A stretch of DNA of 64,000 bases from Phoronis australis (taxonomy: Eukaryota; Animalia; Phoronida): NCBI GenBank assembly GCA_002633005.1, contig NMRA01000027.1:25656-89655 (forward strand). Direction: 5' to 3'. Both the position numbers and the translations under genes were made by a program. Shown piece by piece: positions 1 through 12,375 of this stretch. Each line of letters starts with the position of its first letter. Within the stretch, counting starts at the first letter, position 1. A model generated the notes under the pieces. That model searched no databases, was not told the DNA's origin, and saw nothing but the letters and a program-made list of their open reading frames with translations.

Positions 1-175
1 CCGCCAACAACTCCGTAAGAAATGTAAACAAAATCTAATCTAGAGCTCCCTTCTTGAGGTACCGCGGCTAGGTAAATGGTGCTTCCTTGATAGTGAGAAT
101 GTCACACTAGATGGAAACAATAATATTAAGACAAACAGAAGAGCAAACATTGTATAGGATTAATAAATATTAATA

Positions 176-3100
176 AACAAGAGCAACGCAGAGCGTTGAA
201 ATGCCCCCAACAAATGCACTGCAAACAGTGTGCTTCTTGGGTGTTTATTTGTATCATAAAAATGGCCACTGGATTGAGCAAAATACTTCGAATACATCAA
301 AATAACGGGAAAATGTCACCGTTTTTTAAAAGAAAGCTATTAACCACATTTCGTGAAAATCTGTCAAGGAACTTCAGATAATAATAATAATAATATTTAT
401 TGTACATCCTAAGCTTTGTATACTCATACATAAATACATAAATTCAAATATATGTTCAGAGTATTTACACGGAGAGCAGTTCTTCTCTTAAAGCCATAGT
501 CTTTTGAATATACAACGCAAGACGCTGGATACTGTCACTGTTTTTCTGTTGGAATAACCTAACAAGAGATTAGAGGATATCTTCTAAGGTCTCCAAGAAC
601 ATGGACACATGTAATGAGGCCCATCTTCAATTTCACCCAGACAGCATATGACGCATTCTCTCACCTCTATGAATACCCATTTGTCTCCCTTTCTCTCACC
701 TCTAGCAATACCCATATGTCTCCCTTTCTCTACATTAAATGAGAGACCTGAACATTGAAATTGCGCAAGTATTCTTCTCGAATAAGCGCTTAAACAATTC
801 ACGTATTGCTCGCTTAAGATCATATTTAATATGACTATAAAACTCATATTTATTTGAGCTACCTATTTCCAGATGACATTCCCGTGTGTCACAATCCAGT
901 ATTCACTGCTTGAATACCATAATAAATTCAGCACTATTGCCTGGGCCAAATAACCACACTTCTCCATAATCATACCTAAACAAAATTTCTTTGACATGGT
1001 GTGCCCAGTTACAATTACCATTTTCACCTTGTTCCCTAAGCATACTATAGCACTTCAGTGGTTACCTGTGTTCTTCCATATCAAGTAATTATTTCCAATA
1101 GATAATTGGTTTACACATATATTTTGTAATTAACAATTGTCTCCCACATTCACCACAAGCCATAGCATTTGGCATTTTAGTAGTCAATCTCAGAACATAT
1201 TTACAGAAATCATTCTGAACTATAGACTCACACATTAATGTTCCCATATTTCTGCACTTTATGTTAATATGGGCATTATCATAGAGTCAAAGAGTTTAAA
1301 ATGCACTCCATGGGAAATACAGTTACATTTTGACAGAGTGGCTTTAGTAATGCTCGTTGCTTTTTCAGCTTGGCTTGCAAGTACTCTACAACGCTCTGTC
1401 CATTTAAGTCTGCAGGAGAATGTGACTCTTACTACGTACTTTTAGTACGATTTGGTATCTACTTTTCTGTCACCAAAAAACCACCTTTCAGTATTTGAAA
1501 GTAAGCCCCCTTGTTTAAATACCACAACATTATTTTGTTTTCTCCAAATTAACTTGCAAGTTCCAGTCTCGACAAAACTTTTCGAGGACATTGAGCTTCA
1601 TCTGTAGCCCAGCAACAGTATTCAACACCAGCACTAAATCATCAGCAAAAAACAGAGAACCTATATCACAACCCGAAAGACACGTTTACCTCTGCCAACG
1701 TTTTCTTTAATTTCAGACACTAGTGTGCTAACAAATAGCCAGGGACTTAAAACGCATCCTTTCCGGACCCCAACTGTACAGTTGAAATAGGGCGTGGTCT
1801 GGGACTGTACCATACCACATGATTGTATGGAATCGTACATACTGCGCAAACATTTTTCCATACAAACCTTTGATTGAAAGGGCATAAAATAAATGGGAAA
1901 TATCTTAATTATCAATTGCCTTACTAAAATCAACGAATGCGCAATATACGCCTTCATGTTTCTGCATGATACTCTGTAGGTTAAAAATATTGTAGAACCC
2001 AGTCTGAAAGCCTGCATGCTCTTCCGGGATACATTTCGTGTTATTCGATCATTCAACTATTTGAGAAAATTGTAAAAATTTTATCAAAAATATCTATAAC
2101 GGATATCCCTCTATAATTATTTGGATTAAATCTGTCTCCCTTTTTGTAACACGGCACAATAATACTTTTTGACCATTGGGATGGATAATGCCTGGTATTG
2201 AAAATTCTATTAAAAAGTTTGTGGAGAAGTTCTATTAGGGCCTCAGGAAAGCACTTATAGAATTTAGCCGGTATGCCGTCTTCTCTGGGAAATTTATTAT
2301 TCTTTTGTTTCTTAATGGCCTTTACTATTTCATTTTCATAAATACCGGTATTTAGTTCATCCATGTCAAAGGCACTGGTTACGTCACGCTCATTCTGTGG
2401 GTGACTACAACGCTCACACTGTGCTTTTAGGTCATCAAAAGTTTCACTGCGACCCTCTGTTCTGTTAATAACAAACAGGTTACTGAAATATCTTAACCAC
2501 TCCAATTCAGTAATATTATTATTATTATCAAGTTTTGTACTGTGTACTGGCTCTGACAGGTTTTGTTTTATAACATTCCAAAATCTATTAGGATTCCCCA
2601 CTGACTCACATAACTCACTTTGTTTATTGCCATAGTATCGCTTTTTTGTCTTCTTACATAATTTTTTGTATTCATTCCTACTAGCAAGATAATTTCTCAG
2701 GTCCAAGTCACTCTGAGACACCCTAAATTTTCGCAGTAGATGCTTCTTTTGCAGTTTCATCTCTTTACATTCACTGTCAAACCATGCAGGCCTACGTGGT
2801 TTACTTACACACCTGTCTTGCCTCACATCATGCCCGCTCCACATGACTGGAGTGAATCTACTTAGCCTGTAACATTCTCATGTCAATATCAAAACAGCTC
2901 ATAATTTCTCATTACTTATCGTTTGCTTCCTGGCTTTGTAATTTTTCTAAAAATACACCTGTTTTCTCACTATGCCATCTATATCTTACTCGTTTTTGTA
3001 ATGCTATAGAAGGTTCACCAGTATCTTTCTGACATAATCTTCAAGGGGTACTGAGGGCACAAATTAAAGGAAAATGAAATGATAAATCACATTTTCCAAT

Positions 3101-5135
3101 ACTTTAAAATCTTGAATGTACTCGAGCAATGATCTCTCGGCAAGAACATCATCAATAGTGCTACGACCTCTCGTCAAAACAAGAGTAAAATTGGCATCAG
3201 GATCAAATTTCGATCTACTTACCGATGCATAAATCAATTAAATTTGTACCAAAATTATTAGTTTTGACATGTTGGTTTTTCCTTGGTTTGACGAAGTCAT
3301 CCTCTACATAGAAACAGCTATCTTCTATAACAGGGACATATTTTCTACTGTCATCAGCAATAAAGCCATTGACAGTGCCAGTGCGGGCATTGAAATCACC
3401 TGCAAGCATTAATCTGGCTTGGTTTAGTTTAGCTGAAACATTAAAATCTATGAAGCCACTATATATATATATATATATCTTTTCCAAGTCACTTTCTTGG
3501 CTATAATCAGCGCCCTCTGGAAGCGGGTACACAAAACCTATGACGTGTGGCTTTTTGCTATGGGGGTACATATTTTTTAAGGGTAAATAGATACGGTCTT
3601 TTAAATCATAATTCATGGGCGTTACATTCTGTGCCAAATTATTTTTACTAACACAGTGACGCCTCCTGATAATTTCCCACCAGGGGGCGGATTGCAGAGT
3701 GGAAAGTATAGTTGTCGAAAAATGTGTCAAATTCTGTTGCTGATTTTGGGAATGATTTAATGAAACCAATTATGTCACATGACTCAACAATTTAGAGAAC
3801 TTTAGACAAACAGAGCAAAATGGAAAAAATGAAATTGCCATTAGGGGGCAAAGCGTTCGTCGGATACATCTGAGAGTTGTCTTCCGTTGTCAACTTCATA
3901 TGAATACACTTGCTAAATTTAATAAAGATCCTGCAGAGGGCTTCGGAGATACAGCTAAAGACAAAGCTGCCACCAGGAGGCACCACTGTAATTGAAGTCA
4001 GAAAATTATCATCCTCTTCACACTAAGAACATATCAGCCAATTTTCACGACAATACTAAGAGTGGTTTGGTTGACAGATGGCAGACGCCAAAAACAGACA
4101 AGAAAATGGTAAAAATTGCCCCTAGATGGCGCAAAATAAGTCGAATATGTCTGAAAGCCGAAAAATATTATCGCTTCTTTAAAAGGAAGCTATCTACCAA
4201 ATTTCATGAAAATTCGTAGAGGAACTCCAGAGAAACACGAAAGCAGAAAAAAAGGAAATAGCCACTATTGGGCATAGCATTCATTGGATCCGTCTGAAAG
4301 TCATCGTCTTCCGTTGTTAACTTCATATAAATACACGCGCTATATTCACTAAAGATCCTGAAGAGGGATTAGGAGGTATGGGTGCAAAAAAACAAAACTG
4401 CCACTAGGAGGCGTCACAGTAGTCAAAGTTGTTGGAAAATCATCGCCAGTCGTCCTCCTCATAGTAAGAACATACACGTCAATTTTCACAATCATCCTTA
4501 GAGTGGCTTGGTTGACGGAAGAACGGACGCCAAAAAAAAGACTTGAAAACAATAAAAAAGGCCACTAGGTGGCACAAAATACCTTGAATCCATCCGAAAA
4601 CAGGAGGATAGCGTCATCTCATTAATAGATGCCTATGTGCCAAATTTTATAGAAATCATTGAGGACCTTTGACGATACAGAGGTAAAGGAAAAAAACTAA
4701 AATTGCCAATAGGGGGCACACCGGTAGTCAAATCTGTCCAAAAGGCGTCGTTGTCTGTTGTCAACTTCATACAAATACATTTGCTACATTTAATAAAGAT
4801 CCTGCAGAGCGTTTAGGAGATACAGCCATGGGAGCAAAAATAAACAAAACTGCCACTAGGAGGTGCTACAGTAGTCAAAAGTCAAAGTTATCGAAACATC
4901 ATCGTCAACCGTCTCTTCACAGTAAGAACATACATGCCAATTTTCATAATCATCCTTAGAGTATTTTGGTTGATAGTGGGGTGGACGCCAAAAAACGGAT
5001 TCGAAAATAGTAAAAATGGTCACTAGAAGTCGCAAAATGCTTCGAATCCATGGAAAACGGGAGGATAGCCTCATCTCATTAACAGATACTTATGTGCCAA
5101 ATTTCATGAAAAATTGAAACATTTGAAGATAGAGG
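176..5135 (-). mobile_element. Helentron-associated (HINE/DINE-1-like) element copy 1 with ~145-bp central tandem repeats; split by a LINE at 379-3796; far end truncated
   Basis: The terminus AACAAG (176) is followed by the hairpin CAACGC-aga-GCGTTG (184-198). Bases 176-378 and 3797-5135 are colinear with the intact copy at 7607-9360. Confidence 0.7.
379..3796 (-). mobile_element. Decayed, 5'-truncated non-LTR retrotransposon (CR1/L2/Daphne-like ORF2: AP endonuclease + reverse transcriptase)
   Basis: ORF fragments contain GDFNART and NNFGTNLIDLC (endonuclease) and EDGIP, NYRGIS, GVRKGCVLSPWLF and FADDLVL (RT), with many frameshifts. The 3' end has AATAAA plus a (TAT)n tail at 379-402. TSD gaacttcaga (369-378) / gaactttaga (3797-3806). 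Confidence 0.9.
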
Positions 5136-5339
5136 CAAACGTACAAATATGTAAACATGGTTGTGGCCATATAGTGTGACATTGAAGATTCTTGTTAAAT
5201 CTAAATCATTCTATTAACAAACTGCTGCTGCCATCTGTTGGTACTCTAGCCTAGCTTTCCACTCAACTTAGCAAAGATCAACAGGAAGGATCTCTAGGGT
5301 ACAAAAAAGCATCTCTCACCAATGTGAATGTAAGCTTAC

Positions 5340-5491
5340 CGAGTCAAAGCAACGTACGCTGGCAGCTTCTGAGTATCCAAAAGATGGCGCTTCATATACA
5401 GCTGCTGGTAAGTATAGCACGTGTTTTAAGTACATGTCGAACATCGAGCGAATCATGACCCCAGATGCATCAGATATCTGAGTGAAAATAT
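5340..5491 (-). CDS. DTNB: Dystrobrevin coding exon 5 (152 nt; YIFTQISDASGVMIRSMFDMYLKHVLYLPAAVYEAPSFGYSEAASVRCFDS); gene continues beyond the left edge
   Basis: Acceptor ttttcag, donor gtaagc; phase 1 to 0, compatible with the previous exon. Matches dystrobrevin YIFSMISDSSGVM...LPTAVFEGPSFGY. Confidence 0.92.
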
Positions 5492-6271
5492 CTGAAAAAC
5501 AAAAACCCATTGACTGACTCCTGCACTGACACTAAGACAATGCTTATCAAGTAGAATCCAACTACAACTTGGCAAATATCTACCATATTTCTGGTAACAG
5601 CCACTTCTTTGGGTGAATAAAGGGCATCGAATTTCCTTTAAGAAAAAAGATCCTAAGGTAACTTTTCAAAGGGAATTCAACTTCAGAATCCAAACAGGTA
5701 AAAAGTCACTGGCTCCCGTGAACAATTTATTTCAGCCAGTGATTGACAAGTCAACACAGAACAAGAATCATATCCAGAGTCCAAGACGAAACAAGAATAC
5801 GTTGATCTCTTTCAAAGTGTTTTTTAGCTTTTATGTGAGTTAGTTTCTTTGAAATAAAGGGTTGTGACATATACCAATACCAAAATTTACTTTCTTAAAA
5901 TTTGGTGGAGACAAGAGAAATATATAATATTCTTAAAAAACAGGCTGAATAATCAGAGAAGAATAGATAGAACAGAAACATTTGGTAAAAGCAATTAAGA
6001 TAAGTGTAGTGGACACAAGAATATAACCAGTGATATTTGATTTTTAGGTAACCCACAGTTGTATGCATAGGAGGACATTGTCAATGTGTAGGAGGGCATT
6101 GCCAATAATCAAATGTCAGGGCAAGTGATACCTATTAAATAATTTAAAGCAGAGTATCGACAAAATGTCAACAGATAATCGTAGGCTGTTAATGAGATAA
6201 CATTAACATAACATATAGGATAGTGAAATAATATTGAGTAACATGCCTAACAATTAAAAGTATGAAAACTT

Positions 6272-6499
6272 AATAGATATGTGTCCAATACCTTGGACCA
6301 ATAGATATGTGTCCAATACCTTGGACCAATAGATATGTGTCCAATACCTTGGACCAATAGATATGTGTCCAATACCTTGGACCAATAGATATGTGTCCAA
6401 TACCTTGGACCAATAGATATGTGTCCAATACCTTGGGCTAATAGATATGTGTCCAATACCTTGGACTAATAGATATGTGTCTTATACCTTGGACTAATC
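6272..6499. repeat. Minisatellite, 28-bp unit x ~8
   Basis: Unit AATAGATATGTGTCCAATACCTTGGACC starts at 6272, 6300, 6328 ... 6468. Confidence 0.95.
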
Positions 6500-7222
6500 G
6501 TTGGTTAATAAATTACCACTTATTTTGATCTGCCTGTCTGACACATGAAAGTTGATACCCAGTGATTACCCTAATTTCAACCCATACAATTTAGTGTATC
6601 AAATATTTGAATTTGACATAGTTGTTTCCCCTGCAGAATTTGTAAATGAGATGTCCACAAGGGTTCAAACAAACAAAAAACATATAAACACAAGATAATA
6701 CAGAGGTGACACACTTCCCTGGCTGATGAGCTCAATAGAGCAGTACTAGGACATCACAAGCCTTTAATGATTCGGACAGCACCACAGGGGCAGTCCCGTC
6801 TTCAATAACTCAAACAGCACCAAATTTACAAACACAACAACAGATTTTATAGCTTTGGTCAAAGCTAGAACTTCAAGAAGTTTATCTCATAAAATAATAA
6901 TAATAATCCCAAAATTTGCAATTTTCCTCCAAATACCCCCTTTAAAGCCCTGTCTATATGACCAAACTGTTAATTACAACAGTACTAATATCTGTCACGA
7001 GATGGTGCTACTAGTGCGGAACAGTCATAGTTCATGTGAAAATATAGTAATTGATATGTCATTCACTCAGTCATGTGATCCATACAAGCAGTCATGTGAT
7101 CAATACACACAGTCATGTGATCCATTTACTCAGTCATGTGTTGGAAACAAGAAGTGAGCATGTTGTACTGATAAATCAGATACAGCACAAGACCATTAAA
7201 AGACGCATATGATTATACATAC

Positions 7223-7308
7223 ATCGTAGCTTGTCCACCAGCTTCCCTGCACAAAGTGTTGCCAAGGCAACCTTCAACGAGATCACTCGCAGTTGGCCCT
7301 GCCCATCT
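7223..7308 (-). CDS. DTNB: Dystrobrevin coding exon 4 (86 nt; KDGQGQLRVISLKVALATLCAGKLVDKLRY)
   Basis: Acceptor ttgtag, donor gtatgt; phase 2 to 1. Matches the dystrobrevin EF-hand segment KMALATLCGGKIMDKLRY. Too short for the ORF track. Confidence 0.93.
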
Positions 7309-7606
7309 CTACAACCACAGAATATCATACGAATTATATAAAAAATACACACTTATCTAGTCTTTCAAACTTTTCAAATTACTTATTGTGCTTAATGCTA
7401 TACTGTAACAGAGGTTACTACAGCCTTTTTGTCCAAAATGTTAAAAAACACTTGAAACTGTATATCAGGAAAAATACGATATATGATGCACAAATTAAAA
7501 AGAATTGAACAAATGCACAGCAGTTAGTTTAAAGTGCCTTCTGTCACCACTGCAACAATGACCTACTTTTGAGACAGAACTGGAGAACATGAATCACCTG
7601 TGATTT

Positions 7607-9360
7607 AACAACAGCAACACGGAGCGTTAAACTATGCCCACGAATGCAACGCAAATGGTGTGCTTTTACGGTCTTTATTTGTATCATAAAAATGGCCACT
7701 AGATAGAGCAAATATGTCCAATCTATTCGAAAATGGGAACATGTCGTTGCTTCGTTAATAGAAGGCTATTCACCAAATTTCATAAAAGTATGTCAAGGAA
7801 CTTCAGTGAAACAAAGGAAAACGACATAAAATGAAATTGCCACTAGGGGACACAGCGTTTATTGGATCCACCTGAAAGTCGTTGTCTGTTGTTAGCTTTA
7901 TATAAATACACTTACTAAATCTAATAACGATCCTGCAGTGATTTTAGGAGATACAGCTATGGGCGCAAAACAAAATTACCACTAGGTGATCCCACATAAT
8001 CAAAGTTGCCATAACCAACTGTCCTCTTAACACTGAGAACATATACGTCAATTTTCAAAACCATCCTTAGAATGGTTTGGTTGATGGAAGGGTGGATGCT
8101 AAAAAACACTCGAAAATGGTCACTAGGTGGCACAAAATACCTCGATCCCAACCGACAACAGGAGAATAGTGTCGTCTCACAAAAAAGATGCCAATATTCA
8201 AAATTTTATGAAAATCTGTTGAAGGCCTTTGAAGGAGGTAAATGTAACAAACTAAAATTGCCACTAGGGGGCACACCGATAGTCATATCCATTCGAAAAT
8301 CGTTATCATCTGTTGCCAACATCATATAAATACACTTGACGAATTTAGTAAACATCCTGCAAACAGTTTAGGAGATACAGTCATGGGCACATAAAACCAA
8401 AACAGCCACTATGAGGCGCCACAGTAGACATAGGGTTGGCAAATCATCGTCAGCTGTCCTCTTCACAGTATGTACATGCAAATTATCAAAACCATCCTTA
8501 GAGCAGTTTGTTTGATAGAGGGGTGGACGCTAAAAAACAGATTCGAAAACAGTAGAAATGGCCACTAGGTGGCACAAACTACATTGAATCCATCTGAAAA
8601 CGGGAGAATAGCGTAATCATACTAATAGATGCCTATATGCCAAATTTTATGAAAATATGTGGAGGACCTTTGACGATAGAGGTAAACATAAAAAAAACAA
8701 AATTGCCGCTAGGGACACGCCAGCAGCCAGATCCTTCCGAAAGTCAGCATTGTCCATTGTCAACATCACATAAATACACTTGCTAAATTTAGTAAAGATC
8801 CTGCAAACAGTTTAGGAGATACAGCCATAGGCGCAAAAAGAACAAAAAATGCCAATAGGCGGCGCCACATTAGTCGTCAGAAAATCATCGTCAGCCATTT
8901 TCTTCATAGCAAGAACATACATGCCAATTTCCACAATCATCCTTGGAGCACTTTGGTTGATAGAGGGGTCGATGCCAAAAAACTTTACTCGAAAGCTGTA
9001 AAAATGGCCACTAGATGGCACAAACTATGCCGAATCCATCCGAAAACGGGAGGAAAACATCACCTCACTAATAGGTGCCTTTATACCAAATTTTATGAGA
9101 ATTCGTTGAGGACCTTTGGAGATACAGACTGAGGTAAATGTAAAAAACTAAAATTGCCACTAGGGGGCACACCAGTAGTCCAATCCGTCCAAAAGCTAGC
9201 TCATGCCTTCCCATCCATCAAAGAAGCAGATGTGCAAAACTTGATGAACATACGTCAAGGGGTTTTGGAGATAGAGCACCGGATGCCGGACACCAGACGT
9301 CGGACGGACACACAAAGATGACGGCACAATGCGTCCACATATAAATATGTGGGCGCATAA
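7607..9360 (-). mobile_element. Apparently full-length HINE/DINE-1-like element copy 2
   Basis: Left end has AACAAC plus a hairpin. About 11 tandem ~145-bp subunits in a ~440-bp trimer follow. The right end has a GGAC/GTCC microsatellite (~9280-9312) and the palindrome ATGCGTCCACATAT-aa-ATATGTGGGCGCAT, flanked by an A-run. This is the layout of DINE-1/HINE elements. Confidence 0.75.
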
Positions 9361-9418
9361 AGATTGAACATGGTGAAACGGAATACTTGAACCATTCACC
9401 ACTTCACTGCACCATATT

Positions 9419-9550
9419 AGTCACCTCACCACACAGTATGAACATTATGAAGTCACCTCAGTACAAAGTATGAACATTATGAAGTCACCTCAGTACAAAG
9501 TATGAACATTACGAAGCTAGCTTACTACGCAGTATGAACATTTTGAGGTT
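9419..9550. repeat. Minisatellite, 32-bp unit x ~4
   Basis: AGTATGAACATTATGAAGTCACCTCAGTACAA repeats from 9435 and 9467 onward. Confidence 0.85.
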
Positions 9551-10696
9551 ACAACTCTCCGTGAACTCTTAATATCACAACTGCAATAAACTTGCGTTCT
9601 GTTGGAGAAACAAACCTTTGATTTTGCCCATTAGCACTACTGGTATAAAATGGGGCTATTCGGAAATTTACATTAACTAGAGGGCGCGTGTGTACTACTG
9701 GTGATAGATGAGCAGCCTCGATTTCGCGAGCCCTTTAAATACATGGTCAAATGGCTTGCAGCCATGCCAACTGAATCTGGGATTGCGTGCTTCTATGAGA
9801 GGAAGTAAGCACGCCCTTATACAAAGGTAAGGTTTGTGATTATTTTAACGATTATTCCATGTTTATTCTACTGATGCCTGTTATCTGAGGTACTCGCCGA
9901 TGTCGACTTTACGGCAGTCGCCAGTCGCGTTAATCTTTTTTGTGATGTGTGTTACAATACTTAACGTAGCTCTCGGGATCTTTTCATACATCAAAGCAGT
10001 ACATGTATTATTGTTTGAAATGATTTCTAACAGGTTTATCAGTGACAGTTACATCAATCAATGCTGAACGTTTATGTTGTCAACTCGATATTGGTTGGTG
10101 AGTTAAGATTACAATCCAAGCCCAATGGCAAAGGGTACTGACAAATATCCATTAGACTATTTGTTTACTCCCTACCCTATGTCTTCCGGAAATCTATTAC
10201 ATCATGTTGAAATGGAATCTATCATGTCTGTTTTCACGTGACCTTTGGTTTTTAGGTTTGAGGGCATGTACCGAGCAGAGGAGATATGCATCGCTTCTGC
10301 AACATCCCTGAATGGACAAAAATTGGTTTTTTAGCATTTGACTGCAGCTAACCAGCAAGATCTTCCCATCCAGTGCAGATCTGTTGTCAAAGCCCACTTT
10401 CTACCTTCGAGACAACGAACAAAGCCTTTGAAAAGAGTTATTTTTAAAGAAAGGTATGTACCGGTAAGTCATTTTGTTAAATTTACTTATTCAGGTCCTT
10501 AGCAGGGGATTGGCATAGGGGGTTGGGCTCGTAATATTTGGTGCAACTGTATGAGTGGAAATAACAGGTAATACATGTTTGGGGGAAAGAGCATGGTGAG
10601 GTAATTCTTAACCTTCATGAAGTTCCTTCAAGTTTATTTCATGAAACTGTTTTGCTATCAACTGTAAACTCATTCTCACTAACTGAATAGTTTTAA

Positions 10697-12375
10697 AGGA
10701 GAATGCCACTGTTTTAATTAGTCTTTCTTACCATCTTAATCGGACTATATCCACATTGCCTCGCATACGGTCGACCTTACCTTGACAAGAGGTGTCGCGT
10801 TAACCTGTGAGGAAGGTGAAAAACGACGCAGCGACCTCAGTGGTTCATTTGCATAGTGAATGCCGCTATGTTGTGGTGCATCGTTCCCGCTTGTCTTAAC
10901 AATGCAGATGCGAGGAAAGCGGGTATATCGTTTTTTTTACTTCCTCGAGAGTCTGAAATGCTTTGGAAGTGGCTCGCAGTAGTGAAGAATGAAAAGTTTG
11001 CTGTAAATAGCAAGTATGAGGCCGTGAAACATCTCCATGTCTGTAGCCTGCAGTTGTCGGTCGACAGTGAGTCTGACGAATGCAGGCTTACCAACTAACT
11101 ATCCATACGTTCCGTTGCCTGAGCTTGTTCACGGCGCGTCTCTAGTATTTCTTCATCACTGTATTCCGGTTCGAACTGATAGACGGTGAAACTTAATGAT
11201 CCACCTGCGAAGTCTTCGTCGTATGAGCTCTGGTCTAAGTCGGGATTGCGAGTTGCCATGTTGACGTTTATTACTGAGCGTTCTGTTTCAATATGAATTA
11301 TTCTCACCCTAACCAATACTTATATAACACTGAAACAAAGTCTGTCTCATTAGATGCAATTTGTAATGCCTTTGGAGTGTTTGTGAGTGCAAATGATTTG
11401 AGAAGCCAGCAATGAATAAATCCCTGCTTTACCGGCTTTAGGTGCAATAAAAGTAATTGACCGGACACCAAGGCCGTGTGAGCGCATGCTTATTCAGTGC
11501 TTGCTGACAGAAACCGTTGTGAAACAATAACTCGATTTTCTTTCTCACGGTCAGGTGTTAGGGGAATCTTTATTTACCTATACATTATTCAAATAATGAT
11601 TGTCAATGAACAACTTCTGTCCTTACGGTTCTGTAGCCAAAGGGGAACCTGAATTCGCGGCACCCCCACGAGTAAGTAGATTTGCAGTTTCGTGGCTAAT
11701 TCACCAACATAATCACGTGCACATGACTTCTTTGGCTCACTAGTATAGTATTTTCTTGACTACAAGTTTAGTTTCCAACCATGGCTGGTTTATGTTCGTG
11801 ATGTCTTCAGTCCGGCCGCGATGGGCCTGATTGGGTACTGAGCCACTGGCCGGGACTGATAAGGAGTCAGTCCGGCTGCAACGGGCCTGATCGGGTTCCG
11901 AGCCACTGGCTGGAATAACAAGCGTTTTGTTTGTTTAGAATTAAAAAAATAAGTCTAAACAACACAGATCTAGGTTCTCCTGTCGGTATTTCACGGAAGA
12001 ATACTTCGAATTTGTCTCCACAGACCCCAAACACCTGCTACGGACCTTGGTAAATTGGCCTGCCGAACTTTGTAAGCTACGGTGTGTCCAAATACCAAAA
12101 AATCTGTAACAGCTAAATAAAACAACACGTTTTTATAAGAACTCGGTGTATTTTTAAGGGTTTTAAACCGAAGTTTGACGATTTATTGGTGTTAAGCAAT
12201 AAATTCAATCGATAAGCTGACACTAGTAACATGTGTTGTGAACTGCTGAACAGACTGTGTGTGAAACCAGTGACATCATTGGATAATTTCAAAGCCTCCG
12301 TCTGCCGTCAGGTGTCAGGTAACTACTTGATCTAAATCGATACAAAATAGGTTGTTTTTTGGGTGGCGTGCTCCT
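10697..12375 (+). mobile_element. Internally deleted Kolobok-like DNA transposon
   Basis: TTAA TSD (10693-96, 12376-79) and TIRs AGGAGAATGCCAC / AGGAGCACGCCAC. A THAP remnant lies on + (MLWCIVPAC..FFLLP..KW..VCS, 10868-11060). A convergent KolX-like N-terminus lies on - (YQFEPEYSDEE, 11095-11260). Confidence 0.75.

Noticed and set aside
6272-6499. CRISPR-like palindromic 28-bp repeats
   Set aside because: Units are head-to-tail with no unique spacers, there are no cas genes, and the context is a eukaryotic intron. The same applies to the 43, 47, 53 and 55-bp arrays.
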